A DNA stretch of 64,000 nucleotides from a virus. Position 1 is the stretch's first letter, and every line of letters begins with the position of its first letter. The notes under the pieces are model-generated. The model was not told the DNA's origin, searched no databases, and saw only the letters and a list, made by a program, of their open reading frames with translations. Below are positions 18,901-28,060 of the stretch, piece after piece. A program made the position numbers and the translations under genes. The stretch lies in the IMG/VR virus record IMGVR_UViG_3300045988_098930; one strand, 5' to 3'.

Positions 18901-21900
18901 GATCAGTACATACGCCGCATCGAACTTGCTCAACAGAAAACGCAAGAAGCGATTGGCATCTGGCAGGGCGCAAATGATAAATTAGAAGAACAACGCACTA
19001 AGTTGGGCGACACTTCTGACCGTTTGGAAGAACTCAACAAGCTCAAAGCAGGCGGCAATTGGACTGAGCAGCTTGAAGCAGAGAAGCGAGAGCTGGAACT
19101 GCAAAATGGACAGATACGTGACCAGATAGAGCTTTTAAAGATTAAGGCTGAATTAGATAGGCAAGCCGCCGTACAAGCGCTCAAGGATGAAATTGCGACC
19201 ACACAGGGCGCGACTCAATATGCTTTTGCTTGGAAAGTTGCGTCCTCTGCCGATGCTAAGGGGTATGCGGTGTCTGGACTGGCGGCAGATTCAGGCCAGA
19301 GGCAGTATGTAACTGCCGATCAGAACGAGGCGCTTGCAATCGCTTTGGCTCGTTTGCACGAGATAGAGGCCAGCAAAAAAGAGTCGGGTAAACTGACCAA
19401 ACAAGAACAAGCAGACCTTGAATCCATACGCACAACACTGACTGATGTTGGCCTTCAGTCAAATACGTGGGCTACACAACTTACGACTTTGGGTGAGGTT
19501 GATTTGGCTCGGCCTTACTTGGATGTTGTGTCTGCGGCAAGCGACGCAGTAGAATTAGCCAATCGTATTCAGGCTGATACCACCGTTTTATCTGATACGC
19601 TCAAACAGGCTTTGGATAGTAATGCCAATTTGGCGGCATTAGCTGGTGGGTTGACTAAGACGCAGTTATTGGCCCGTCAAAATTCTGGTGCATATCAAGC
19701 GCTGGCTACTATTGCGGCCCAATACGGTAAGACCGTTGAAGACATTACTCCAATCTTAGAAGACTTGGGGTATTTGCAAAAAGAAGTTGCTGGGTCAACC
19801 GAAGACCTGAAAAACGAACAAGGCCAACTGAATGATATATGGGCAGCGGCGCGTAGTGCTGGTGACGATGCCAGCGACACTGTTAAAAACCTCAAGGTCG
19901 CGATAGGCACGGTGCAGGATTGGCGCAGCACCAAGAACGAAGTGGCGGCAGCTATTGCTACCATCAATCAGCTCACCGGCCTTAATTTAGATGTTGATGC
20001 TGACGGACTTTTAGATACGCTTGACTTTATATCCGCTTATTTGTCTGGTGATATAGAGAAGTTCGAGAAGTATGGTATAGCGGCTATTAAGGCGTTGGGT
20101 GTTAAGCCTGATGCATCTGGTTTGCAAGCCGCATTGCAGGCACTAATCACACAATTTGGGTTGCTTAGTGGTGCGGCGCAGGCAACAGCGGCTACAATAT
20201 TGAGCGCATTTGAAAGCATCGGTGCAATCAAATGGGGTGGATTAACAGATTCGCAACAAGCGATTATGGACGACCCCAACGCTGACCCACGGGCCAAGGC
20301 TTATATCGCCGCACAGCGTAAACGTGTAGTCAATGATGATTGGTTCAAGAGCACTGCTGCCACCAGTAAGCGTTATGGTTCCTCTAAATCTGGTTCATCT
20401 AAGAAAACTACTGACTCTAAACTTGAAGCGTATAAGGCGTATATTAACGAGCTTGATCATCTGCTTGCTATGGAGCAAATCACCGAACAAGAATATTATA
20501 AGCGCAGTTTGGATGCTTTTAATAAATATCTCGGTGATAAAAAGAAATACCAAGACCAGTGGTGGGCGCTTCAGGAAAAGTATTATAAGTGGTGGAAAAA
20601 GCAGGCAGAAGATGCCGCCAGAGACCGCTATGAGGCCGATAAGAAAGCTGCTGAGGACGCTTATAAGGCCGAAAAGGAACGTATTGATAAGCTAAAAGAC
20701 GCCAATGACGATTTGTTGTCCGCTTATCAGGATCGCGTCAACTTCCAGAAAAAACAGCTTAATCGTGCTGGTGATGAACGGTCTTATGACCAAGAAGTGG
20801 CGGCGGCAAATAAGCGCATTGCCGACCTGAAAGCACAAATTGAAGTGCTGTCTTTGGACGATTCAGCCAACGCCAAGGCAAAGCGGCTTGAATTGCAAGA
20901 ACAGCTCGACGACGAGTTGCTTGATTTGGACAACAAAATGTATGACCGTTCGGCAGATGTGCAAAGCGATGCGCTGGATGATAGTCTGGATGAATACTCC
21001 CGCTATATTGGGGCGCAGAATAAGTTGCTGGACGAGCAGTTACGTCGACTGGAAAAACAGCATAATGCTATACTGGACAATCTGCAAAGCACCTTAGATT
21101 CAGCGCTGAATAACATCTCTACCATGTTCCAGCAGATGATGGCTGAGACCGAAAACATGGTGAATCAAATCAACGCCATGCTTGCCAGCATTGATGTATC
21201 TTCTCATGCGGGCATATCGCAGATGCAACAGGCGTTGGTGGACACTGGATACAATATCGGCTCTTACGGCGTACAGAAGAACGGTGTAGATGGCGTTATC
21301 GGCAAAATGACCGTTAAGGGCCTTCAGCAGTTCTTGAATGATAGCATGGGCGCTGGGCTGAAGGTAGATGGCAAGGTGGGCTCTAAGACTTACGCTGCCA
21401 TTCAAAATGCCGTCAATGCAGGCTTGTTGAACGAGTCTTACCTAAAGGCATTTCCGCGCAAATACCATACTGGTGGCGTAGTTGGTCAAGACTTTAACTC
21501 TGAGACCGCTTTTAAGGAGCTGGTCAAAAAGAAGCCTGATGAGGTTGATGCACGTCTACGCAAGGGCGAAGTGGTGCTTACCGAGGATCAGGCAATTAAG
21601 GCTGCGAAGCGGTTGGCGTTCTCATCTTCTGATGCCGAGCGTTTGTTCACTATAATGAGTCAAGGCATAGGTGGGTTGTTTGGTGGCGACGGCGCTTTGA
21701 AGCAGGCAACGAAGCTGGCGCAAACCGTAGCGAATAATACTACTCATGCACCCAGCGTTAGCGTTATCAATAACTTCAACGGCACAACTGATGCTGACAC
21801 TGTGCGGGCCATCGAGCGTTGGTCTGAGACGTTTAAAAAGCAGATTAAAGAGGAAATTTTTAGGGTTCCTATCAATAGCCTTGCACGGACGGGGCGGTTG

Positions 21901-21903
21901 TAA
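15982..21903 (+). CDS. Tail tape measure protein with C-terminal peptidoglycan-binding repeat
   Basis: 1973 aa. TP901-type core-like segment (MTDLQIASGLNRTQ...), long coiled coils, hydrophobic segment, and a PG_binding_1-like motif (LVDTGYNIG...VDGVIGKMTVKGLQQFL...VDGKVGSKTYAAI) near nt 21201-21430. Confidence 0.9.
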   Translation: MSNYDFQVFTQLVPSGATISELRKQVQDYFDKNAIKVKFSNFDLSGAASGTTTKQINATANALQAIKLSLQEINTARNKIVKAGTENTSNQIQAYNKQIKDSVVSLKELINTYAKLNGGKSVEFRDLTPLLNPTDIQAATDALRSLLQGAGMNGAAVETVLTSFKKGCWDVSEAAAKAADAVQKMHSEMAAKASAATAKTGQSVYAKYNDISAPDIANYTVDTTKLVQSYQAVKQQITDIQTVQSSGAKVSQAQWQLLIDAAQQYEIALKNVKVEQKDATATQKKADKELADLDKLQNKLIQLQATFGEGYFNNQKTIIQRLGLSSADVTDATDALATLRATYAQLEVAISSNNAADKQAAITNLQTAYQGFGASLRNLQTAARELNSSLNAGIQFQRLKSQAQAYFDQYATGIQRNSQLTKEWRELIQKIGNADQWQNSNQAAAALDDLKRRSQAAGVEVTSLNKKLRDMFGDTLYGFAVAQITSVAANAIHQVVTNVVELDKAMTDLQIASGLNRTQVRGLLEDYGQLAQAIGATTLEVAEAADGWLRQGYSMQETSELIKSSMMLSKLGQMNSDDATKALTSSLKGYQLQASSATDVVSKLVAVDMEAAASAGGLATAMSQTATLADQTGISMDRLIGIVATLMDVSQQSGESVGAAVKSMLARLGNIKAGRLIDPETGESLSDVETVLNNIGVKLRTNATDWRDYQDVLDDVAAKWGSLNETQQRAVAVALGQTRRQEQFNILMANYDKVRQFTETAANATGTAERKYLNYMDSVEAKINTLKASWESLSQTVLSSDLIVGGVQFLSQLIQGLDKVVSKLGAVPSVLAAISLVVSKRGKGLFGQEGLFTASLNKNGLSGNFLAQHVQRNFLTNKDISLLHQYNEALSQSIADGNTLADAHTKLTAELTKGSAAFQQYAVQLDGTGDSVEKVTAKGLKLSDVLLNVGNMALNMALGAAISMAIGLIIKRIDQYIRRIELAQQKTQEAIGIWQGANDKLEEQRTKLGDTSDRLEELNKLKAGGNWTEQLEAEKRELELQNGQIRDQIELLKIKAELDRQAAVQALKDEIATTQGATQYAFAWKVASSADAKGYAVSGLAADSGQRQYVTADQNEALAIALARLHEIEASKKESGKLTKQEQADLESIRTTLTDVGLQSNTWATQLTTLGEVDLARPYLDVVSAASDAVELANRIQADTTVLSDTLKQALDSNANLAALAGGLTKTQLLARQNSGAYQALATIAAQYGKTVEDITPILEDLGYLQKEVAGSTEDLKNEQGQLNDIWAAARSAGDDASDTVKNLKVAIGTVQDWRSTKNEVAAAIATINQLTGLNLDVDADGLLDTLDFISAYLSGDIEKFEKYGIAAIKALGVKPDASGLQAALQALITQFGLLSGAAQATAATILSAFESIGAIKWGGLTDSQQAIMDDPNADPRAKAYIAAQRKRVVNDDWFKSTAATSKRYGSSKSGSSKKTTDSKLEAYKAYINELDHLLAMEQITEQEYYKRSLDAFNKYLGDKKKYQDQWWALQEKYYKWWKKQAEDAARDRYEADKKAAEDAYKAEKERIDKLKDANDDLLSAYQDRVNFQKKQLNRAGDERSYDQEVAAANKRIADLKAQIEVLSLDDSANAKAKRLELQEQLDDELLDLDNKMYDRSADVQSDALDDSLDEYSRYIGAQNKLLDEQLRRLEKQHNAILDNLQSTLDSALNNISTMFQQMMAETENMVNQINAMLASIDVSSHAGISQMQQALVDTGYNIGSYGVQKNGVDGVIGKMTVKGLQQFLNDSMGAGLKVDGKVGSKTYAAIQNAVNAGLLNESYLKAFPRKYHTGGVVGQDFNSETAFKELVKKKPDEVDARLRKGEVVLTEDQAIKAAKRLAFSSSDAERLFTIMSQGIGGLFGGDGALKQATKLAQTVANNTTHAPSVSVINNFNGTTDADTVRAIERWSETFKKQIKEEIFRVPINSLARTGRL

Positions 21904-22074
21904 ACGAAAACCCATTAACGAACAAATAAGCAAGTGTGACAATCAAAGCGTGAGGAGCCAGTCTGTGAAGTTGCCGCGACGAACGAACTTCTCACGCTCA
22001 TTTCGTTCTACTCCATTTGCAACAATAAGTAACATACGCACAACATATTTATTTTGGACTGGTGGTGATTCTAT

Positions 22075-22857
22075 TTGGCCTATGAAGGGCTGCAATTTAT
22101 ATATGACGGTATCCCCTCTCAGCGTTACGGTCTCATGTTTGCGTTCTTTGATTCTGCCGACTATAAGCACGCCGGAGGTTCAGAGAATAGTCTTACCATA
22201 GATAAGGCGACACGCTCTCAGCGCCACACTCTATTGTCTGTCTCTCCTGATGATCCGTTGGAGTATGATATTGAAGTAGTGGCACTCAAGCCGTTGCAAC
22301 CTTATGAGGTAAACGCCGTACACGCATGGCTGTGTGGGCAATTAGGCTTTAAAAAGTTGGTGATTCAAGCTCCTGAATATGCTGGTATGCACTTCAATTG
22401 TGTATTTAATGAGCCTGATGACTATTACATTAAAGCCGGTACAAACGGATTTAACTTGACAATGACCTGCGATGCCGGTGGCGCATGGAGCGATGCTAAG
22501 ACAGTAACCTTCACGCCTACTGACGGCGGTACTATAACAGTCAACAATCGTTCTGCCAGCTATGATTATCTCTACCCTACTGTTGAATTCACACTTGACG
22601 GCGGCACGGAGTTTTCTATTATCAACACGACCGATAGTGTGACCCGTGAGTTTAAGTTTACGGAATTGGCTGACGGTGAAACAATAACGGTTAATGGGCG
22701 TACTGGCGAGGTTATGTCCTCATTAAGCACAATTCGCATCAACAATTTTAACGCGCATTTTTTGCGGTTGGTACACGGTTTAAACACGTTAAAATGCACC
22801 GGCAAGGTCTCTAACTTAAAACTGACATACGAAAATTTTATACGGATAGGAGGGTAA
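22075..22857 (+). CDS. Distal tail protein (Dit-like)
   Basis: 260 aa, TTG start, first gene after the tape-measure gene. The N-terminus (GLQFIYDGIPSQRYGL) resembles siphovirus tail-family proteins. Confidence 0.6.
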   Translation: MAYEGLQFIYDGIPSQRYGLMFAFFDSADYKHAGGSENSLTIDKATRSQRHTLLSVSPDDPLEYDIEVVALKPLQPYEVNAVHAWLCGQLGFKKLVIQAPEYAGMHFNCVFNEPDDYYIKAGTNGFNLTMTCDAGGAWSDAKTVTFTPTDGGTITVNNRSASYDYLYPTVEFTLDGGTEFSIINTTDSVTREFKFTELADGETITVNGRTGEVMSSLSTIRINNFNAHFLRLVHGLNTLKCTGKVSNLKLTYENFIRIGG

Positions 22858-22861
22858 AAGT

Positions 22862-25795
22862 ATGCTGTTTAGCTTTGATAAGTTTGACCGCTATGAGATA
22901 CCCGTCCTGACCGTGGCGCACCCCGATTTCACTAAAGTGGGGATTATCAAAGACCCTATCGGGTTAAAACTTGACCTGAATTTGGTATCTACCTCTAAAG
23001 CGTCGTTTGAAGCGTATTCAGTAGATGATACTGGCAATGCCACCTTTTATTATGGTGCGTTGACCAAGTATAATCTCGTGCATATTAGCGGCTTCGGTTG
23101 GTTCGTAATCACCAATGTTGATGAAAGTAATGATGGTATTCATAAGAGCAAGTCGGTGGACTGTGAATCTTACGAGTATACGTTAGGGCGCAAAGCGGCG
23201 AACCTAAGTGCAGGCACATATCGTCTGTATGATCCTGCCAACGCCGCCAGCACTGAGACTTTGCTTGGACATTTTCTGGCGAATTGCCCTCGTTGGACGA
23301 TAGGCTATGTGAGCAGTGCGCTGTATAGCCGGTATCGGACCTTTGATATGCCTGATGCGTCTATGTACGGCTTTCTAATGGAAGAAGCGATGGACGCTTA
23401 TGAGTGTGTATTTGTCTTTGACACGGAGAATTTGCAGATCAAGGTCTATGCGCCTGATGATTTGATTAAGGATTCGGGGATTGTATTCCGATACACCTCA
23501 CTTTTAAAGCATATCTCAATATCTGATTCCGCAGACGATGTGGTAACGGAACTGCAAGTGTATGGCGCAGACGATTTTAGTATTGCTACTGTTAATCCGC
23601 TTGGCACTGCCAGTATTTACAAGTATGACTATTTTAAAGATGTCATGCCTGCGGCTATGTGGGTCAAGGTTAAGCAATGGCAGGATGATGTTGCGGCGGC
23701 TATGGGGCGTACTTCCGCTTATGGCAATATACTGACCGCTATAAAAAATGAGAATCTAAAGATACTCGGTTATGAAGCGAATAAGTCTGAAGTGGAACGG
23801 TATCGAGCGGCTGGTGAACAGGTCCGCACTGTTAATACGCCGTATACGATGCAGGCCGTTTCGCAGACTGCTGTGGATAATATACGGGCATGGATAGATA
23901 GCAAAAGCAGCACTGACCTGTTGACAATGGTAACTGCCGCCGATGCTTACCCTCCTATTCCTACGTTTGTGCCTGCCGGTGGCGAGGGTGTTGTACCAAG
24001 CGAGATACAAGCGTATGCTGATACGATAACAGAAGCAGACCGTAATGTGGCACAGGCAACGGTGAATATTTATGCCTGCGAAAAGTGTATCCAGTATTGT
24101 GATAGTCTCATTGAACAGAGCAAGGCGCAAATTGCCGTCCATCAAGAGCAACGTCAGGCTGCATCTGCGGGGTTGGCTTTATCTAACTACCTGACTGCCG
24201 CTGAAATAACTGCTTTAGGTGATTACACTTTGGCTGACGTGTATGAGAACACATACATTGTGCCGTTGGACAACGCGACCTATGAGGACACACAAAATCT
24301 GGCCTTTGAACTGCTGGACGGTGCATTAGAGGTGTTGGACCGTGTATCTCAGCCTGCCTTTGAGTTTAGTGTGGATAGCGTCAACTTGATGTTTGATAAA
24401 GAGCATGAAGCATACATCAATAACATTGAACAAAAGGGTTTAGGTTGTCAAGTCCATATTGAGTTTGAGGACGGCAACTGGTACAATCCGGTGTTGATGG
24501 GTATTGGTGTTGAGTATGACCACCCTGATAAATGTTCACTGGTATTTGGTAGCAATTATCACGCTCGAATGAGCGAGGATTTGTATGCTGAGTGCTTCCA
24601 GAACGCTGCTAAAACGTCCTCTACGGTCAGCAGTGCATTGCATAGCTGGCTCAATCCTATGCAGTCGCAGAGTCTCAGTCCTATGCGTGAATTTATCGAA
24701 GGTACATTGAGTGCGACGGCGAATAAGATTATCAATGCCAGTAATCAGTCTACGGTTATAGACCAGTTTGGTATCTGGGGCCGTAAGGCCACAGAAGACG
24801 GATACAGCCCTAAACAGCTTAAAATTATCAATAACGGTATGTTTATGACTGATGATAATTGGGATACGTGTAAGCTGGCTATTGGCGAGATAGAGATACC
24901 GGGGACGGCTGATACGGCGTATGGGGTGGCGTCCGAATTGCTGGTGGGTAATCTGATATTGGGCGAAGCCATGAAGATTATCAATGCCAATAATACGTTC
25001 ACCATAGACGAAAACGGTATGAATCTAACTACTTCAGACGGATTAAAGAAGATATATATGGACCCGTCTGATGGGTTTAAGATTCAAGGTAGAGCTAATA
25101 CTTCTGCGGAATTTGCGGATAAACTATATCTGGATTCGGAAGGTAATGCTATATTAAAGGACATTACGGCTATTGGTGGTACATTTACAGGAAGCGTATT
25201 GGCTGGTGCTGGTGTAATGGGCGGGTTCTACTCTCAAGACAGTATACATAAAATTCTCGGCAATTTGACCATCGAAGGAGATTTGACCATTAAGGGCAAA
25301 TACCCCGCCTCCCCTGTTACTCCTGCGGGAGCTGGCATTCAATCTGGTAGTAATGGATATATAGTAACCGCCCCTCAAGCGAACCAATTTGGTACGATGT
25401 CTGTTGAAACATTGCGTGTAACTGATGGATCGGGCAATTATTGGAATTTGCTACAAAATGGATCGTGGTCTACTGGCACTGGTGGCGGTGGCACAGGTGG
25501 ATCGGGCAGTGGAGTTACATATAACATTATTCGCTATACGAATCCTAATGCAACCATTTATTTTCATCCTCAAGCTTCACCTACGCCCAGAAATGGCGTT
25601 ATGCAGGTGTATCAATGGTATGTTTATATTGAGATAACAACCAATTCACATGGATCGTGGTATTTGCTTTCGCAAACGTGTACTTATAATAATGGTCGCG
25701 TAACTCCTAATGCCTCTCTATCTAATTTTGGGTGGGTCAACTTAGACCCTACTTTGTCTACCGTAGAAGTGCGAACCAACCAACCGGGAGCGTAA
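22862..25795 (+). CDS. Tail-associated lysin / tail tip protein (Tal-like)
   Basis: 977 aa, follows Dit. Gly-rich linker (GTGGGGTGGSGSG) precedes a C-terminal domain. Confidence 0.65.
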   Translation: MLFSFDKFDRYEIPVLTVAHPDFTKVGIIKDPIGLKLDLNLVSTSKASFEAYSVDDTGNATFYYGALTKYNLVHISGFGWFVITNVDESNDGIHKSKSVDCESYEYTLGRKAANLSAGTYRLYDPANAASTETLLGHFLANCPRWTIGYVSSALYSRYRTFDMPDASMYGFLMEEAMDAYECVFVFDTENLQIKVYAPDDLIKDSGIVFRYTSLLKHISISDSADDVVTELQVYGADDFSIATVNPLGTASIYKYDYFKDVMPAAMWVKVKQWQDDVAAAMGRTSAYGNILTAIKNENLKILGYEANKSEVERYRAAGEQVRTVNTPYTMQAVSQTAVDNIRAWIDSKSSTDLLTMVTAADAYPPIPTFVPAGGEGVVPSEIQAYADTITEADRNVAQATVNIYACEKCIQYCDSLIEQSKAQIAVHQEQRQAASAGLALSNYLTAAEITALGDYTLADVYENTYIVPLDNATYEDTQNLAFELLDGALEVLDRVSQPAFEFSVDSVNLMFDKEHEAYINNIEQKGLGCQVHIEFEDGNWYNPVLMGIGVEYDHPDKCSLVFGSNYHARMSEDLYAECFQNAAKTSSTVSSALHSWLNPMQSQSLSPMREFIEGTLSATANKIINASNQSTVIDQFGIWGRKATEDGYSPKQLKIINNGMFMTDDNWDTCKLAIGEIEIPGTADTAYGVASELLVGNLILGEAMKIINANNTFTIDENGMNLTTSDGLKKIYMDPSDGFKIQGRANTSAEFADKLYLDSEGNAILKDITAIGGTFTGSVLAGAGVMGGFYSQDSIHKILGNLTIEGDLTIKGKYPASPVTPAGAGIQSGSNGYIVTAPQANQFGTMSVETLRVTDGSGNYWNLLQNGSWSTGTGGGGTGGSGSGVTYNIIRYTNPNATIYFHPQASPTPRNGVMQVYQWYVYIEITTNSHGSWYLLSQTCTYNNGRVTPNASLSNFGWVNLDPTLSTVEVRTNQPGA

Positions 25796-25841
25796 TCTGT
25801 GGGTAGATACACAAACACAACAAATACAAAAGGGCTAATAT

Positions 25842-26549
25842 ATGGCAATTTATAATGGTACGATGTCAGTCGATGGCAACGGACCGTACAGCAATACGGC
25901 TGGCGGTTATCAAATTGGAGGCGCTGATATAGGCTCCGCTTGGTGTACAATCACGCTTCCTGATACTTATTCGGCGTATAATGTATGTTCGCTCACTTGC
26001 GCATTGTATTCGAGAACTGCGCCTTCAAACTGGTTATCGACATGGACGTGCGACATTAAGATTACTATAAAAGGCCAAACTGGCACTTGGAAAAATGTCA
26101 CTAAAGATGGTTTTGATAATGGCGGTGGGTCTACAAGTCGGCGTTTTGAAATTGACCTCGATCAAATTGGGTTAGGAACGCTATCTCTCGTTCCCGGTGA
26201 TTATATCAAATTAGAGTTTGTGGGTCACGCAGGCACATTTGTTGACGATAATGGTCGATGTGTGTACTTACGGTCTGCAACTCTTATTTCTAATGATGCG
26301 ATTGAAGCCAACAATTATTTAAAAGTCGCCAGCTCTGGGCGCATATTATACGTTGCAGATAGCTATCAGCCGGTATCGGTTACGTCCAGCACCAGTGGCA
26401 CATATTTTATGAAGTTCGCTGATTATAAGAAGTATTTTGGGTTTGCATGGGGCGCTGGGGAATATGTTCAAGTCACATTGCCTGAATATTATGTCGCAGG
26501 CGTTACATACTACAAGCCCTCTTTAGCACCTTTATTAAAAGCGGATTAA
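25842..26549 (+). CDS. Hypothetical baseplate/fibre-associated protein
   Basis: 235-aa ORF in the distal tail cassette. Confidence 0.45.
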   Translation: MAIYNGTMSVDGNGPYSNTAGGYQIGGADIGSAWCTITLPDTYSAYNVCSLTCALYSRTAPSNWLSTWTCDIKITIKGQTGTWKNVTKDGFDNGGGSTSRRFEIDLDQIGLGTLSLVPGDYIKLEFVGHAGTFVDDNGRCVYLRSATLISNDAIEANNYLKVASSGRILYVADSYQPVSVTSSTSGTYFMKFADYKKYFGFAWGAGEYVQVTLPEYYVAGVTYYKPSLAPLLKAD

Positions 26550-26567
26550 ATGAATGAAAGGATAACT

Positions 26568-26714
26568 ATGACAACTAAATTAGAAAATGCTTATCGGGCA
26601 TTAGAGCAGCTTCAAATCCAAGGTGTAGATAACGCTGTGCTGTTGGGGTTTATAGGAAAAATGCTGCGAGAAGTGCTTGAAGAAATGCATGTTACACCTC
26701 CAAAGGAGGACTAA
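26568..26714 (+). CDS. Small hypothetical protein (48 aa, below the ORF-track cutoff)
   Basis: ATG behind GAAAGGATAAC. Translates to MTTKLENAYRALEQLQIQGVDNAVLLGFIGKMLREVLEEMHVTPPKED and fills an otherwise empty 170-nt gap. Confidence 0.4.
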   Translation: MTTKLENAYRALEQLQIQGVDNAVLLGFIGKMLREVLEEMHVTPPKED

Positions 26715-26717
26715 TGT

Positions 26718-27086
26718 ATGACCAACCTATATACTGTCGCAGAAGAAATGCGAATTATAGCGGGAGACACTAAGGTGCTCCCGTTTAGTGTCGGCAGACA
26801 GGACGGCAATCATGTCGATCTGAGCTTGTCCGGCACGACCATTAAATTCTTTTTGTACCTTTATGACCAACCTGAAGTCAATGTGTTGACTTTGAGTTCC
26901 GGCAACGGTATCTCAGTCAGTACCAGCGATACTTCATGGTTTGATGTCAAACTAACTTCGGAGCAAACAAAGGGTCTCGTGGGGCCATATCAGTATCAGA
27001 TAGAGATAACCACTCCGCTGAATGATATATACCGCCCTGTGACCGGCACTTTGGTGTTTGTGCAGATAAACGAGGGGAATTTATGA
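26718..27086 (+). CDS. Hypothetical tail protein
   Basis: 122-aa ORF behind AAAGGAGGA. Its stop overlaps the next start. Confidence 0.45.
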   Translation: MTNLYTVAEEMRIIAGDTKVLPFSVGRQDGNHVDLSLSGTTIKFFLYLYDQPEVNVLTLSSGNGISVSTSDTSWFDVKLTSEQTKGLVGPYQYQIEITTPLNDIYRPVTGTLVFVQINEGNL

Positions 27087-27502
27087 TAACTAAAGAACAC
27101 GCAACTGAAACCTTACAGATGGAGTTCGGCAAGGGTTCGTATGCCATTCCTGATGTGCATTATTTAGGGTTGTCCACCTCTGCCATATCTGAAGATACCG
27201 GCACGGGGTTTACTGAACCTGCTGATGCCAACTACTCACGCAAGGCGCTGACTAATGTGGCGGCAACATGGACTACCAACTCTGCTGGCGAAGTCGTTAA
27301 TGCGGCTTCCTTGGAGTTCGCTGCTTTTGCCGCTAATGCAAACACTCCTATTACTCACTGGTTTTTATCTTCTTCCGCAACTGGCGGCAAGGCATTGTAT
27401 TATGGTGCGCTGACTACGGCGTATCCTATTATACAAGGTAGTAAAATAGTCGTAGCTGCTGGCGGTCTGCAACTGTGCCGCACTAATCAGGCAACAGTTT
27501 AG
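27083..27502 (+). CDS. Hypothetical tail protein
   Basis: 139-aa ORF, with ATGA overlap to the upstream gene. Confidence 0.45.
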   Translation: MITKEHATETLQMEFGKGSYAIPDVHYLGLSTSAISEDTGTGFTEPADANYSRKALTNVAATWTTNSAGEVVNAASLEFAAFAANANTPITHWFLSSSATGGKALYYGALTTAYPIIQGSKIVVAAGGLQLCRTNQATV

Positions 27503-27515
27503 GCGGTGATGTACC

Positions 27516-28049
27516 GTGCAGCGGATACGGATTCTTTTAGATAGCACATCGCAACGTATAGCTACAAATCTGGATGCTCTGGTTGCTCGTTCTGCTGTCA
27601 CGTTAGATAAGACTGGCAACCGTATTCACATGACTATTGAGCGGTTTTTGGATGTCTCCTACTTGGTGCTACGCCATATAGACTATGCGGCAGACCGTTT
27701 GCTGACTGAACTGTGGCTGTCTGCCAGCGGCACAATGACCGATTATGATGGTAGTCGCCTTTCGCTTAGTGCTCTGAGTGATTTGTTGTTGACACACAAG
27801 GATTACGACGCGGCACGTTTAACAATGTTGTACACTATACAGGGTGTGTTGCGACATACGGATTATGATACTTCGCGACTGCTTATCACTCTGCCGTTGG
27901 GCGCGATCATGTCGCATATTGACTATGACGCTTCTCGTTTGCGTCAAACCAAGCTCATCAAACCTGTGCTGTTAGGTGAATATAGCGAGTTCGCCATAGG
28001 TAACACTTCTATGGCCCTCGCTGATTGGTGTTATGAGGAAATAACATAA
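27516..28049 (+). CDS. Repeat protein with five (H/T)xDYDxxRL units
   Basis: 177 aa. HIDYAADRL, TDYDGSRL, KDYDAARL, HTDYDTSRL and HIDYDASRL recur about every 20 aa. Confidence 0.5.
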   Translation: MQRIRILLDSTSQRIATNLDALVARSAVTLDKTGNRIHMTIERFLDVSYLVLRHIDYAADRLLTELWLSASGTMTDYDGSRLSLSALSDLLLTHKDYDAARLTMLYTIQGVLRHTDYDTSRLLITLPLGAIMSHIDYDASRLRQTKLIKPVLLGEYSEFAIGNTSMALADWCYEEIT

Positions 28050-28060
28050 GGTGGTGAAAA

